Shown here in pieces: positions 48,113 through 61,875 of a stretch of 64,000 bases of DNA. Below the pieces are notes generated by a model that had not been told where the DNA came from, searched no databases, and worked only from the letters and a program-made list of their open reading frames with translations. The translations under genes were made by a program, and so were the position numbers. This DNA comes from Eledone cirrhosa (lineage: Eukaryota), in the NCBI GenBank assembly GCA_964016885.1, contig OZ024742.1, positions 194,804,001 through 194,868,000 of the forward strand. The letters are read 5' to 3'. The first letter of the stretch is position 1, and each line of letters opens with the position of its first letter.

Positions 48113-51100
48113 AAAGAATCCTCTCTACACCCATATTCCTTTCCGAACATTTTAATGTCATTGAGGGCTTGGCCGAAGAGAAAATTGTCTGCCAGTCCTT
48201 TTTGTCGGGTCCACCACACAATCTTTTTCACTACACAGGAAAACTACCTGTTATTCCCAGCCAATAGAATCGACAGTTTGATCTTCACGATGTAGTCGGT
48301 TGATAGCCGGATCCGTCCTACACGCGATAATAGCTGTTCGACAAATCTTCACAAATCAGTAATGCTCGGTGTAGGATTTATGGAAATTTTCCCTAGTCCC
48401 TAGATCGAAATTTCACTTGAAAAACTGGTTAGTTCGTTCTGTTTGACGCCATGAGTTTTTCCGAGAACGTCATCACTCACGCCCATCACTAGCCCTCAAT
48501 AAAACGCTAACATGGAATTTCCAACAACCGCACTGTTCGTTTTGAGTGACTGCGGGTTTTGACAATATTCTAGATGCCTGGCACTTAGTTACGGTCTTCG
48601 CTTGACCCAAAACTACAGAATGATATAGCTGACAAAGAGTGACCACACATATTCATCTTCAAATGGCGTTGCCTCAGCGTACGTTTGCTCATCTTCAGTC
48701 ATGACATAGCTACCTCTCGGCTTATATCTGGGTGAGAATGATTACTCTGCTCGTTACCTCATCCCAGTTCTTATCTGCATGGAGATCTGGACCAAACTAG
48801 ACTCCGAGCAACTTAACCAGTCCGTTTGGCCAGCGTCCTATTACACTGTTCAAGAGCAAGGACTTGCTACAGCAGGTGCCGAGCTGCAAATATGCTGACC
48901 AGACTCTTGCCCACTACCACCAACCACTTGGCTAAGACTTTGGCCAAAATTGTAAACTCTGTGTTGAGTAGAGCCATGGGCCGGAAACTTTCAATTATAT
49001 CTCTCTTGCTCGCATCTTTTATCATCAGTGTTACAACTTCCCGGCTTACAGACTAGGGAATTCTCCCACACTATCGCCAATTGCAGTAAAGAACTGCGAG
49101 GATATCGGTGGATATATCTGCCATATCTACGTAAAACACGTAGAGTAGACCATCCTAACCTCGTAGAGCTACCTTTCGCTGCACTCTGCATAATCAGTTG
49201 AGAATTGCGGCAACCCGTCGAGGTATCATCTATATGCCAGCATCCTCTCCGCCTCCTCTCCGATTGTCCCTAACATTTGTGTAAAGTGCGGTTGGAAAGC
49301 TGCACACATCTGCTGGGAATCGAGCCGAACTCGTCCTCCTCGGTTGGTCAAAAACGAATTGTGTATTTATTGCCACGTTGCCCATCTGCCTTTCTGGGTC
49401 GTCAAATAGCTTTCGTTCCCTCCCATATTAGAATATGCGACCATTTGTAATTTTGAACAATCTATCTGCTAGCCTAATAAAAAAAAAACTATCTAAGTAC
49501 AATGTTCCATGTCTAAATCGGCAAATTCCGGAAACCTAGCTGGAACCGTCTTATTAGGTTTTTGAGCATTTTGCTACTCAAAAATATTCCATTTTTGTGC
49601 CGAAGATACCATATCAGAAAACCTGGTCTCGCTGACGGCTGTCTCATCTATAGCTAGTAGCCTCAAGTAATTGAGCAAACAGCCTTTCTTCTAGGACGAC
49701 TCCAGGGCATGGCGTGCATCTGAATCTGATAGTTGCTATGCTGATCGAGAAGAATGGGGAGAAAAAGAAAGGGGTACTATTTACACTGCTTGTGCTGATG
49801 GAGTTTCGCTGATACGACCTTCATATCTGTTTGATGTTTGGAAAACCCTTTTAAAGCCTACTGGTGGCTTTTACATTAGAAATGTTAATACCTTGTGGGA
49901 AATTCTTCCTCGTAGTTTTCAAAGATAGTGACATTATAACAATGTCGGTGCTAAATTGCTACTACTCTGTTACGATGTCATCACTTTGGACCATGAGGGA
50001 AACAATTTTTTCTTTCATCCTCCTCACACACATAAATGTCGGTATACGCGAGGTTAGATTTTATTGTTGTTTTGTTGGGGTTGTAATTAGTGGTGTTTGT
50101 GGTAGTGAAGGTCGTAGGTGTGGAGATGGTGGTGATGTTAGTGCTGTTGCATATATGGCAGTGTATAGTTTGAGTGTATTGTACACGTTTTCTGCAGTGT
50201 GTATTGGAGCAAGACAAAATGTTTTGTTTTTGAAAAGATTTTTGTGCTTTTTTTTTATAGAGGATTTCTTGTGAGGTTTTCAGATTTTCCTTCCTCTTCA
50301 CTGCGAGATGATCAGGTTCCCTTGTTTGAGAAATCAACTCAGAAGTGGATGGGCAAGTGTTTGTGTGTATGTTTCAATGAGGGTTAGAGGGAGATGGCGA
50401 GAGGAAGAGCTGTATTGAGAGAACCCTTGGTCGGTTTTGTTCATAATTTCCTTCTGGCATTTTCTTGTTTAAGTTGGTGCTGCTGCTGCACTTGCTTCTG
50501 CTGCTACACTCAATGTTGTTGGTGTTTATGTTGCTACTATGGATGGTGTTGCTGTTGCTGTTGTTGTTTTCCGCCAAAATCTTGATGTTTGTATTTAGGA
50601 GAACTATAGGTGGAAAATAGTCTAATACACAATCCTTGTTGGCGTCTTTTATCAGCAGTGTCATCACGCCCGACATCATGGAGCTGAGTATTCTCTCGAT
50701 CTGCTGCCACTTTAGAATACGTCTGCCATAAACTAGATGACTTTCATATTGTGCATTCACTCATCACCTCCCGTAACCTGGCAGATTTTATCGGCTGGTA
50801 GAAGCTAGTTGCCTCTTTCAGCGATAGACGTAGTAAATGGACAATCTCGGCTCTGTAGTATGCTACCGTTTATGATGAACCCTCGCACGTAACGGACAGT
50901 TGAGCAAAGTGGCACTAAAACATCGCACATATCTGTTCAAGACTGAGTAAGGCACATCAGTCTTAGTCTGTCAAAACCCAAATCGTGGCTTTGTTACCAC
51001 GTCGCACCTCCACGATGTAGTCCCAATACTCGGCTTTCATCCTCTCAATCCTAGTGCATGAGAATTTGCTCTGACTAGCTATCTTCATGTCTGGCATTAA

Positions 51101-51560
51101 AGATACGGTCGAGGGCCATTCTCACAGCCAGCACATCGGTTGCGATGTCTTTTCTAATTCTCAAATCTAGATCACACATTAGTGGCCCCTCTAGTTTATT
51201 ATTCTCCACTGTAAATTCTATTCTATACCTTGCCGATTCTACTTTAAGGTCTCATTTTAGAGCTCCCCACCGCTGGTGATTGATGCGTGCTTCATAGACG
51301 TGTTCAGCTTCCAGTAGCCGACTCTTGTCTGTAGATTCCAAATTTGAAATTATGGGGATCCTACTATATACATGTCTGCTTACCTAATAAATACTATTTC
51401 TTGATATGGGATGGATGGGCTCTGTGGATGCTTCAGGTCCACATCGAAAAATATGGGAAATCCAATGGATATTTGTCGGATAATTGGAAACTTCTGTAAA
51501 TTTGTGAGTCTATTCCCACACTCTATTATGAGCTAACTTACACAATCTCATTTTTTTGTC
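48113..51560 (-). mobile_element. Old, multiply deleted Tx1-like remnants (at least two partial copies)
   Basis: Patchy similarity to T3/T4 ORF2 (ZnF near 48180-48360, RT near 48750-49200 and 50570-50760, APE near 49620-49710 and 51300-51540). Confidence 0.7.
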
Positions 51561-51939
51561 AGGAGAAAGAATTTCGTTTTGGTGATTATGTTTCAACCAA
51601 TCTATCAGTTCTTCCCGATGTTATGAACAAAAATAAAATTAAAATAGAAATTAAAATACAAAAAGAAAAAGATTCAAAATCGGATAATTAAAAATGTTTT
51701 TCCCATAATTAATGACTTGTACTGTTATATAATTAAAGCATTCATTAACTCCAGAACGAATATGTCTGCTACAAGTATTAGAATATAAATGTAGTAATTA
51801 AATTGTATCTATATTAATTATATTGTATGTGTATTAATTATGTTGTTTATATCTTCATTACAAGGATTAATTAAAAAGATCTACTCAACAATGTATTTTT
51901 TAAATTTGGTTTTTTCACTTCAAAATGTTAGGTAATTTT

Positions 51940-52140
51940 TCTTATTTCACTGGTTTCAGTCATTATATTGCGGCCATGTTCAGGCATCAATTTGAGTGAA
52001 TTGTATTCTATCATATTGACACCAGTACATTTATAAAAATCTGGTACTGATTTTATCGATCTTTTTTGTCGAACTGCTAGTTTGCGAGGCATAAACTGGC
52101 AGTAAACACGGAGACGGAGACATACACGTGCTTATAAACA
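51940..52140 (+). repeat. Dispersed short repeat (SINE/MITE-like); second copy at about 57140-57315
   Basis: Shared TTTCAGTCA..GGCCATG..GCA..AACTGCTAG/AACCGCTAAG..TAAA layout followed by a microsatellite. Confidence 0.5.
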
Positions 52141-52851
52141 TACATACATACATACATATAACTTTCTGCATTTACTGCGGTTATGAGAAGCGGTTCTTAT
52201 TCGGGTACAACTTCTCTGATTTAGCCTAAGAAAATATCTATACGTGTGTAATTTATACAAGCATATATTTATTTTTTTATTTTCAATTGAGTTCTTAAAC
52301 ACGTCGGATTGATAATGTTTTCAAAAAAACTAATTAACCCGCGTGTATATTATTTTTTTCCTCATTTCGTGGGTTGTCTCCCCTTCCCGCTTCGTGTCGC
52401 TATGATACTTCCTCAGTCAAAAACTGCTGGAATTTCAAATTTGGCGGTCATTCGAGGTGAGAGAGAGATACTGTACGGACATGATTTTTGACAGCGGTAA
52501 GAAATTTGTTTTCTTATATCAATGTTTAATGGGCTTCCACTGACGATTTATAAGTGCCCACCTAAATATATTCTTACATGAATATATATTAGGCTTCTAC
52601 ATAAACTGGAAACATTCTCCCAAACTTGTAAAAAACTTATAATGAAACAATTGTTTGGAAAGAGAGATGTACTTTAACTTTAATTATATCTCATAAAATA
52701 ATACAACTGGTTTTTCCACATTATACATTTTGTTAGCACCCCAAACACATATATTGGGTTTATATTTTAATATAACCTAATGGTTGTTGAGTGAGATGGT
52801 TACCAGTCAGAGTTTAGCTTTAAACTATCTCTGTTATTGTATTAAATATAC

Positions 52852-52929
<78 letters not shown>

Positions 52930-53004
52930 TATACGCAAATATACGAAACGCTTTCACATATTTTTCGTCTACCAACCTTTACTCATAAAGTTTGGATGAC
53001 TCGA

Positions 53005-53320
53005 CTCTATTTTAGAATATAATGGATGAAAAACTCAGAGGTGTATGGGAGCCTCCCAAAAGTCAGCTCAAAAGTGACACAGAGGAGACTGAGGTTAGCT
53101 GGACATGCTCATCGACATCCAGAGTTGACACTGAACTCAGTGCTTCCGAGAGAGCTCCTTCATGGACACACTGGAAGAGAAAGACCAAGGTTAACGTATG
53201 TTGATGCCCTAAGGACAGACACTGGTCTGTTGGAGACGCAGGACATGGCAGCGATAATTAGGGACAGAGACCGTTGGAGAGAACTCGTCCATGGATCTCG
53301 GGAATTTTACCCGCCCTAGA
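53005..53320 (+). mobile_element. 3' fragment of an RTE-like LINE
   Basis: RRLRLAGHAHRHPE..GRERPRLTYVDAL..RDRDRWRELV. Confidence 0.75.
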
Positions 53321-53546
53321 TAGATGCTATGGGACTCAAACTGAAATCTCATGATTTCGAAGCAAATTCTTAACCACACAGTCATGCCGTTTTGTTTTGT
53401 TTTTTTAAATAACTTTATTTAATTTAGAAAACATGTAATTATTTCTTTTAATTATGAGATATAATTTGAAATATAGTCGTTCCAACGCCTCTGTCCAACA
53501 TCTGTCCAAGGATACTTTAGCTAGTTTTCTCATCTATTATTTATGG

Positions 53547-53665
53547 GCTTACGGCCATATCACTCTGAAAACACCGGTTCTCGTCCGATCACCGCAGTTA
53601 AGCAACATCGAGCCTAGTTAGTACTTAGATGGGTGACCGCTTGGGAAACCTAGGTGCTGTAAGCA
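53547..53665 (+). rRNA. Full-length dispersed 5S rRNA copy (retroposed; pseudogene or SINE head)
   Basis: GCTTACGGCCAT..CTCGTCCGATC..AGTTAAGC..AGTACTTAGATGGGTGACCGCTTGGGAA..GCTGTAAGCA. 119 nt, with terminal stem GCTTACGGC/GCTGTAAGC. Confidence 0.93.
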
Positions 53666-54665
53666 TTTACTTTTACGTGCCTTGTGCCAGAAACAATTAT
53701 TTATGGTGATACACTATTATTATGACCATCCATGTTGGTACGTCTACACCTAACCCTATAAAACCTGTGGGTTTTAGGGGATCCGTAAATCTTGGAATGG
53801 GGCTGTGTATTCCACCTGTTTTGATCCTGAAACGCTAAGGCTTTGACAATGTAATTTGGCACATGTATAGACCATTAAGTGACAGATATTTCTACATTAG
53901 CAATATGGTGATGGCCTGATCATTTTTCTCGTGACGTCATCAGTTTTGCTCGGATGTGTTAAAATTTAGTACTTTTATATTGTTCAAATGTTTCCAAAAC
54001 CACTGCATATAGGTACTGTTCTCTAACTTCTCATTGCCATGAATGCTACTAAATGAACCAGCAACAATGCAATATCAAACATTTTGCAAAGTGGATAAAA
54101 AATTGTTTCCAAGCTAACCATCGAGGTATAATAGGGCTACGTCCACCAGCTGTGTACACGTCCAGCAACATGCTTAACTATATCTGAAAGACGGAATTGA
54201 TGGCTAACAGCTATTTATCGTAATTGTTATATATTCATCCAGCATCTGATAGATACGAAATTCCCTCCCTCACGGGTGCCGCTGTCAAATTGTTCTATCA
54301 CCAGGGGTACATACATTACCCATTTTTCCAACTACAATTTATACTGATCGACTATTATTATAGTTACTTGCGTTGGGACGCCTACATTTCAAATTTTAAA
54401 TGTTCCCAATGCTTCTTAAGTCAACCAGTCGTTAATTAAATAGAATGTTCGAATGTTGTATTTGATAAGAAGTAGTGTGTTAACACTGAACCAGATACTT
54501 CGTAAATGTTTTATGACTGCCAGTTAAAACACACATCTTTATCGTTAAAACGTTATATTCATTTTGTCATCATATTTGTATATTATACTATATATCATTA
54601 CTAAATTCTAATAATATTTTTAGTTAACATCAGTCATATGACGAAATATTTCGACAATTAATAAT

Positions 54666-54839
54666 TGTCTCTAATTTTGGCACAAGACCAGCAATTATTC
54701 CAGTGTATTACTGGTACTTTATTTTATCGACCCCGTAAGGATGAAAAGCAAAGTTAACCTCGGCGGGATTTGAACTCAGACCATAAAGGGCCGTAACTCT
54801 TTGCTGCAAAGCATGGCATCCGACCCTCTACCGATACTG
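54666..54839 (-). mobile_element. tRNA-derived SINE (same family as 61.3-61.9 kb)
   Basis: B-box GAGTTCAAATCCC and tail TCTTGTGCCAAAATTAGAGACAATTATT. TTAATAAT on both flanks is a possible TSD. Confidence 0.8.
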
Positions 54840-56227
54840 TTAATAATATATGATGGTTCTTCCGTAAGTTTTGACTACGAGCATTCAACCATTCGATGAA
54901 CTGAACCTCTGGCTTTTGAATTGACGTGTAAAGGGTTAAATATTCCACAGACCATTATACCCTTAACGTAATTCTTTGAATTAGAGATACAGTTCATATT
55001 ACTTTACAATTTAAGTGATTCAATATACCATGCATAGCCTCCTCGACTTGAACCGAGCTTGTGTGTGAAATTTGATAGACGAGAACTGTTTAGAGATTCA
55101 TCGAATGGACTGCACCTGCAATGTGAAAGGCCAAACTTGTCATAGAGAATCATGCTGAATTTCCTTGATATACATTAAGTATATATGTGTCCGTGGAGTG
55201 CTCATCCAGTTACAGGTTAATTTTACTAGCAGGCTGTTCCGTTGTTCGAAAAACTGGAACATTCATCGTCGAAACCGACGGAAAGCCATTCCATTTTCTT
55301 TCAATATATGTGTTTTAAAAAGGGCATATGTGTATTTAAAAAGAGCATATGTGTATGCAAATTATTATTATCATTCCTCCATCAATATCATCATTATCTT
55401 TCCGCGGCTGGTGCAGTTATTCGTTATTGCATCATCCTAGAGATTCTGGCAGTCAGCACTTACCATTGACCTCTGTCTACCATTACACATAGTAGAGCTG
55501 CAGTTGCAGATACGAATGAGAGAGATCATGAAATATGTTACAGTTGCATAACGCTGATTTCATTTATTCCCTATTATCAGAATCGCAAATGTTATTAGTG
55601 TTAAACGGGAAGTGTTTATGTAATAAGGAACATGATATTTGGATCACGGTATACAATTATAATGGTGCATGAAATCCACTTTCAATAGATTCAAAGTAAT
55701 ATGTTCACTGTGTCTTCAGTATTGCTGTTGATGTTAGTGATAAAACAGCCGATAATCGTTATTGTATTGAGATAAAATGGTGAAAGTATAAAGGTTATTC
55801 GTTAATATATCATTTATGTGTAATGATTTGTAAAATGAGCATTGTATTAATGTAAGCCTTTGATGAATAATCTAATAATCTAGTCAGAAATTCTACGGAT
55901 GATATCTGTATCTGCATTACACACGAAAAAATCATTTCAACTGTAGAGAGACAACGGAATTTGAAGTTATGAATAACTGTGGTCTTTCAAAATTAACATA
56001 ATCGTACAATTTTGGACTGTAGTCATATCAACTTCCATTGAAACTTCATATACACACAGACGTACATAAACACTTAATAAACCATAGATATATATAGATA
56101 TATATAGATAGATATATATATATACATTCAATACATTCAATACATTCAATACACACAGATACATGTAGAAATTCAATAATATGCACACACAGACATATAA
56201 CATATGTAAAAAGAGAGTGCGTGTGTA

Positions 56228-56341
<114 letters not shown>

Positions 56342-56486
56342 AAGAATATCCGTAGCCGATAGCCGCCGATGGCAACTTCTTATTCCGTCTTTTAAGGGTC
56401 TTCACCGAATTTTATAATCTATTTTTTTAGCATCTCTGCGCATGAGCACATAATTTCTCAAATTAACTCTCTCTCTCTCTCTCTCT

Positions 56487-56570
<84 letters not shown>

Positions 56571-56607
56571 ATATACACGGGTGTGTATCATTGTGTATAG
56601 AAGATTA

Positions 56608-56901
56608 TATTAATAAAAGGAATTCCAACTTTGTCTGATTTACTCCTTTTATTTACAATCCTTTAACATTTATAATGGTATTAGAATGAAATAGTATCAA
56701 ATAAATGTGATAATGTGAAAAACTTTCAACAGTTGAAAATTGCAAACTTGACTGTCACCACACATTATGAACCTGAAGATTGCGAAATCATGAAGGTACT
56801 TGTTCAATTAACACTTAACATTTACTAATACCATTATAAATTTTAAAGGATTGTAAATAAAACGAGTAAATCAGACAAAGTTGGAATTTTTTTTATTAAT
56901 A
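56608..56901. repeat. Second family D copy: about 75-bp terminal inverted repeats with asymmetric interior
   Basis: Same sequence as 24506-24892, but the interior is not mirrored. Confidence 0.85.
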
Positions 56902-57342
56902 TATATACATATATATACATGCATCCATACATGCATACAATAGTCATATGTACACATTCAACATAACCTACATGCACACAAACATATGTAAAACATTACA
57001 ATTCCGTTGTGATGGTGGTGGTTGTTTAAGCGCCATCGGTTCCGATGACGAGGTCCCAATTGTTCGCACAACGTAGCAGCCTGTTCATGAAATGAAACAT
57101 TTGAAAATGCAAGATGTATTTTAGTGTTACCTTTCTTTGCTGTTCTATTCTTTTACTTGTTTCAATCACTTGACAGCAACTAGGCTGGAGCACAACATTA
57201 AATGCATATGCACAATCATAATACCAGTTGTTAGTTTAGTATTTATTTTATTGATCTGCTTGTGTGAAACCGCTAAGTTAAAGGATATAAAAACCAGCAA
57301 ATACAATCAACAGCTGTGTATTCATGTATGTATGTATATATA

Positions 57343-57394
<52 letters not shown>

Positions 57395-57754
57395 CCGTGT
57401 GTGTGTGTGCGTGTGTGTGTGTGCGTGTGTGTGTGTGTTTGTGTGTGTGTAAATGCATACAGATTTTAACTAATATAGATATATAAAAAAAATTACAAAT
57501 TGATTTTGCGCAATTAGCATAGTAGATTACATAAATGTAAGTATAGGTTTATCGAATATGTATGTATTTATGTATATACACTTCTTTATATATTCGATAA
57601 ACCCATACTTAAATTTATATATAACGTTGAAATCCATATAAAACCGAACTATGCAAAATGGACTGTAAGCTGAGGTAACGCAAATTAAAAGTTGCCTGGT
57701 AATCGTTGTTTTGTTTTGTTGTTGTTGTTGTTCTTTTATCTGTCCAATACTTAA

Positions 57755-57787
<33 letters not shown>

Positions 57788-57861
57788 TTATATATATATA
57801 TATATATATATATTAATTCAAAATATTAATAAATATAGACATTCAACGTAATCAAAAAATG

Positions 57862-57922
57862 TTTTATTATATATATTTCGGAGGTATGTGCTGTTTTTTC
57901 AGTACGTCCTCATCAGGTAAAA
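57862..57922 (-). ncRNA. Type I hammerhead motif, within fold-back 57903-58081
   Basis: UUUUAC-CUGAUGA-GGA..UCC-GAAA-UAUAUA-UA-AUAAAA. The inverted arm ends after TTTTATCTGATGAGGACGTA. Confidence 0.7.
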
Positions 57923-58150
57923 TATATAAATTGATGTGTGGCATTCCTCAACTGTGCTGATGGTTCAATTCCAGTATTGGCAGTAATACTTGATGTAACA
58001 CTGCCAAGACTGGAATTGAACCATCAGCACAGTTGAGGTATGTCACACATCAATTTATATATTTTATCTGATGAGGACGTATATGAGGGAATGAATTCTG
58101 TGAGAGAACATCGTTTGTTTTCTCCCTCATATCAAGAATTTGAAGACAAT

Positions 58151-58238
58151 TCATTTTCACCTGATGAGATCAGTGATAATCGATCATGACTTAACAATCG
58201 ATCTATCTCTTATTAAAACATGTGTCGTGATTAAATGA
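58151..58238 (+). ncRNA. Degenerate hammerhead motif (GAAA mutated to AAAA)
   Basis: UCAUUUUCAC-CUGAUGA-GAU..AUCUC..-AAAA-CAUGUG-UC-GUGAUUAAAUGA. Confidence 0.5.
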
Positions 58239-58270
58239 TTGGAATTTTACCCTGCCTTCGGATTTTATTT

Positions 58271-58320
<50 letters not shown>

Positions 58321-58325
<5 letters not shown>

Positions 58326-60226
58326 TTAGTTAAGCAAAACAAGACCACAAATTTCACAAGGAAGACATTATTTAAAAATAGTCAACATAGTTGTAGTTTA
58401 ATGTAAGGGATGTAAAGAATAATAATAATACTAATAATGTCCGTTTACAAATGTTTCGCTACTCCATATAATATTTCTGGATCAAATGATTATAGATCAT
58501 TATTGATCTGGTTCAGTTGGAAAAATTGGAGCAGTACATCGGAACTTCAAAATGAATATAAATTAAGGTAAAGAAAGATAGTTATATGAATGTAATGTTC
58601 CATATATTGGTATTTGACTATGTAGCAAATTCAAAATCAACCCTAGAATTGGAATGAGCAATGGGATGACAAATAACAAATGCCCAGGTAATAATAACCC
58701 TATGAAGGCCCCTGCCAACTCCACTAGAACCCCTAGAAGGAATAGGCCTAGAAATATCATCTGGCTTAACTCATCTAACTTAGCCACTAATATCCCTAAA
58801 CGCTTCTTCTCTATCCTATCTAAACATCCCCCCACCCCACCATAGATATTACAAACTCTTTAATAAAAATAACATTAAAATCTCATTGTCCACAACACCT
58901 AACCTAGCTAGCCACATCGCATTCAGTAACCATAAACTAAGACAGTATAACTCCCACACCGCGGTACCAGCACCACTCTCAAATACACCACGCCACTACG
59001 CCAATACTTACTCTAGTAGCGTAGCTCCCCCATCTAATCCTTCTAGCACTGACCAACCGCTTAGGTTAAACTACCCTACTCTCACTAATCGCAGAGGTAA
59101 CTGCAACTGCTGTTACCCTAATGCATGCCCACTAAACGGACAATGCCTTACACCCAATATAGTTTATAGGCGCACAGTTAAAACAGTATCGCATACCAGC
59201 TCCTATATTGGCTCTACCTCTAACCCTTTTAAGGTACGCTATAACGCGCACTCATTTTCCTTCCGAGACCCTAGCAATAGATGTTCGACTTCTCTAGCTA
59301 GGCTCATTAAAAACCTTAAATTAACCAACATTGAACACTCACTATCATGGGATATCTTGGCTAGAGCCCAACCGTTCAATGGACGAAGAAACTCTTGTGA
59401 TCTCTGTCTTACCGAAGCCTATTACATAATTCTATCACGACCTCTACCGATTAATGATAGAACGGAGGTAACTATTAGCTGTCAACATCGAAGGGCTAAT
59501 TTCTTCGCCAACAGAATATTTGACCCAACATAGTCATCTAAATCCCACTTTTTCTTATAGCTAACATGTTAAATAGTTATAGCTAACTTAGATAATTATA
59601 AGTTATCTCCCTTACATTGTCTCTCACTTAAACTCATTAGCACTTCTTAACTATAAACCATCTACAATTTCTAATTTCTCGAGGAGTTACTTCCCCTGAA
59701 ACCAGCCTCTAATGAGTAAGATAAATATGTCCTTTGGCGGCCATCTTGTCACCCATAGGTAGATCTCGCATAATGCAGCCTCGACAGAAGATTATTGCTC
59801 GCCTATGGCAGACAATAGATCGACCCAGGACACCATAGTCAAATACCAATATATGGAACATTACATTCATGTAACTATTTTTCTTTACCTTAATTTATAT
59901 TCCTTTTGAAGTTCCGATGAACTGCCCCAATTTTTCTTAAGTTAATTATCTTCAACTGAACCAGATCAATAATGATCTATAATCATTTGATCCAGAAACA
60001 TTATATGGATTAGCGAAACAATTGTAAACGGACATTATTAGTATAAAGTACCAGTAATGTACTTGGTAATTACTAGCCTTGCGCCCAAAGTAGAAACAAT
60101 TATTAGTATTATTATTATTATTATTATTATTTACATCCCTTACATTAAACTACAAATATGTTGACAATCTTTAAATAATGTCTTCCATGTGAAATTTGTG
60201 GTCTTCTTTTCCTTAACTAATGAATA
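58321..60226 (+). mobile_element. 5'-truncated Penelope-like (Naiad-type) element with an inverted pLTR copy at its 5' end
   Basis: 58321-58622 is the reverse complement of about 59835-60226, and the pair encloses a linker plus GIY-YIG ORF. Starts at (TA)n. Confidence 0.85.
58886..59533 (+). CDS. GIY-YIG endonuclease domain of a Penelope-like element (fragment)
   Basis: CNC..CPLNGQCL, NIVY..SYIGST..FKVRYNAH, STSLA, CDLCLTEAYYI, INDRTE..CQHR. Frameshifted upstream linker RNIIWLN. Confidence 0.85.
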   Translation: MSTTPNLASHIAFSNHKLRQYNSHTAVPAPLSNTPRHYANTYSSSVAPPSNPSSTDQPLRLNYPTLTNRRGNCNCCYPNACPLNGQCLTPNIVYRRTVKTVSHTSSYIGSTSNPFKVRYNAHSFSFRDPSNRCSTSLARLIKNLKLTNIEHSLSWDILARAQPFNGRRNSCDLCLTEAYYIILSRPLPINDRTEVTISCQHRRANFFANRIFDPT

Positions 60227-60396
60227 TTTCCAGCTCTGTGCACCTAACCTCCGCATGAACCCAGCCACCTAGCTGCCTTCCACTACATATTGCACATTGA
60301 GCACATGCCTTTACGCTTTTGGCTTCTAACTAATTCACCAATCCCTCTTCTCCTCTCCTATCTCCATCTCTCTCTTTAAGATTGGTTACTCTTGAA

Positions 60397-60427
<31 letters not shown>

Positions 60428-61283
60428 CAGATTCCATTTACTATATTCATCAACACCTTCATAATGAACGCGAAATTACGTGTTTGCGGACCAATCACCT
60501 TAACCACGGAGGCAATCCTGCACCTATCTTTCAGTGACTGTATTCTATATTCTATTCTGTTCAAAAGAAATATTCAGATATTGCGTCAATGAAAGTGGGC
60601 AACAGTGAGAAGCAAACAAAAACAATATATATCGTTATTTATCTTTCATTAATCTTAATTAACTATTCACTCACATTGTTATCTTTTGAAACCTGCACAA
60701 AGTTGTAATGTTGTAGTCAAAACATAAAGGACAAAATCTTGCAGTAATTAATTGTAAGATTTTAATTAGATTAACTAGATATTGTAAATAATCTGTCAAG
60801 ATTTTTTCGCAATCATTCGGCTTTCGGTTCGATCCCAATTTCTAGAATGTTGGTCAAGTGGTCAAGTGTCATCTACCATAGTCTCGGGTTGATTTTATGC
60901 GTTGGGAGTAAAATTGCGTAGAGAGAAATTGTTTCGCATCCCGTCTGAAGGGGTGATTTTGTACTTCAAAGAGCCATCGTTCCTTCATAGGTATCAAGTA
61001 AAACAAAACATAAACTTCATCCAAACGCATCGCCTTTATAATTTGTGCATGGATTAATCAATTCAGCGGAATGGATTTCCGTCGGTTTCGACGATTAATA
61101 AGTGTTCTAATTTTCAGTCACTTGAACAGCCTACTTATAAAATTAATGTGCAACTGATTGAGCACACCAAAACATTGTATATACGTAACGTGCTTCGCAG
61201 GGTGATTCACTGTGACACGTTAAAGGAAGTCACAAGATCAAACCTGAAGAAAAGTGCGATGATTGTTATTGTTATTATCATTA

Positions 61284-61875
61284 AAGGCGGTGAATCGGCA
61301 GAATCGGTAGAGGGTTGGACACCGTGCTTTTCAGCATAGAGTTACGGCTCTTTACGTTCTGAGTTCAAATCCCACCGAGGTTAAATTTATCTTTCATCCT
61401 TACGGGGTAGATAAAATAAAGTACCAGTAATGCATTGGGATAATTACTGGCCTTGTGCCAACAGTATAAACAATTATTTTTTTTTTACTTTTCGCACAAG
61501 GCCAGCTATTACACCAATGCACTACTGGTACTTTATTTTATCAACCTCGTAAGGATGAAAGGCAAAGTTAACCTCGGCGGAATTGAACTCAGAACGTAAA
61601 GGGCCATAACTACCGATACTGCCAAACCACCACCCTTATTGCCAACAATTATTATCATTATGATTAGGGCGGTGGATTGGCAGTATCGGTAGAACGTCAG
61701 AGACCATGTTTTGCGGCATAGAGTTATGACCCATTACGTTCTGAGTTCAAATCCCGCCGAGATTAGCTTTGCCTTTCATCCTTACAAGGTCGATAAAATA
61801 AAACACTAGTAATGCACTGGGGTCGATTTAGTCGACTTGCCCCTACCCCAACAAAAATTTGTTGGCCCCGTTCCT
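61284..61875. mobile_element. Cluster of three tRNA-derived SINE copies (+ 61284-61478, - about 61490-61635, + 61667-61875)
   Basis: GGCGG..GGCAG.ATCGGTAG (A box), GAGTTCAAATCCC (B box) and TTTCATCCTTAC..GATAAAATAAAGTACCAG in each copy. Confidence 0.85.

Noticed and set aside
52417-52456. Possible AG..GT micro-exon of the GPCR
   Set aside because: No receptor-like peptide in any frame, and such splice-like pairs occur by chance.
61284-61875. tRNA genes
   Set aside because: A/B boxes are present but there is no cloverleaf, and they continue into a shared body and tail, so they are SINEs.
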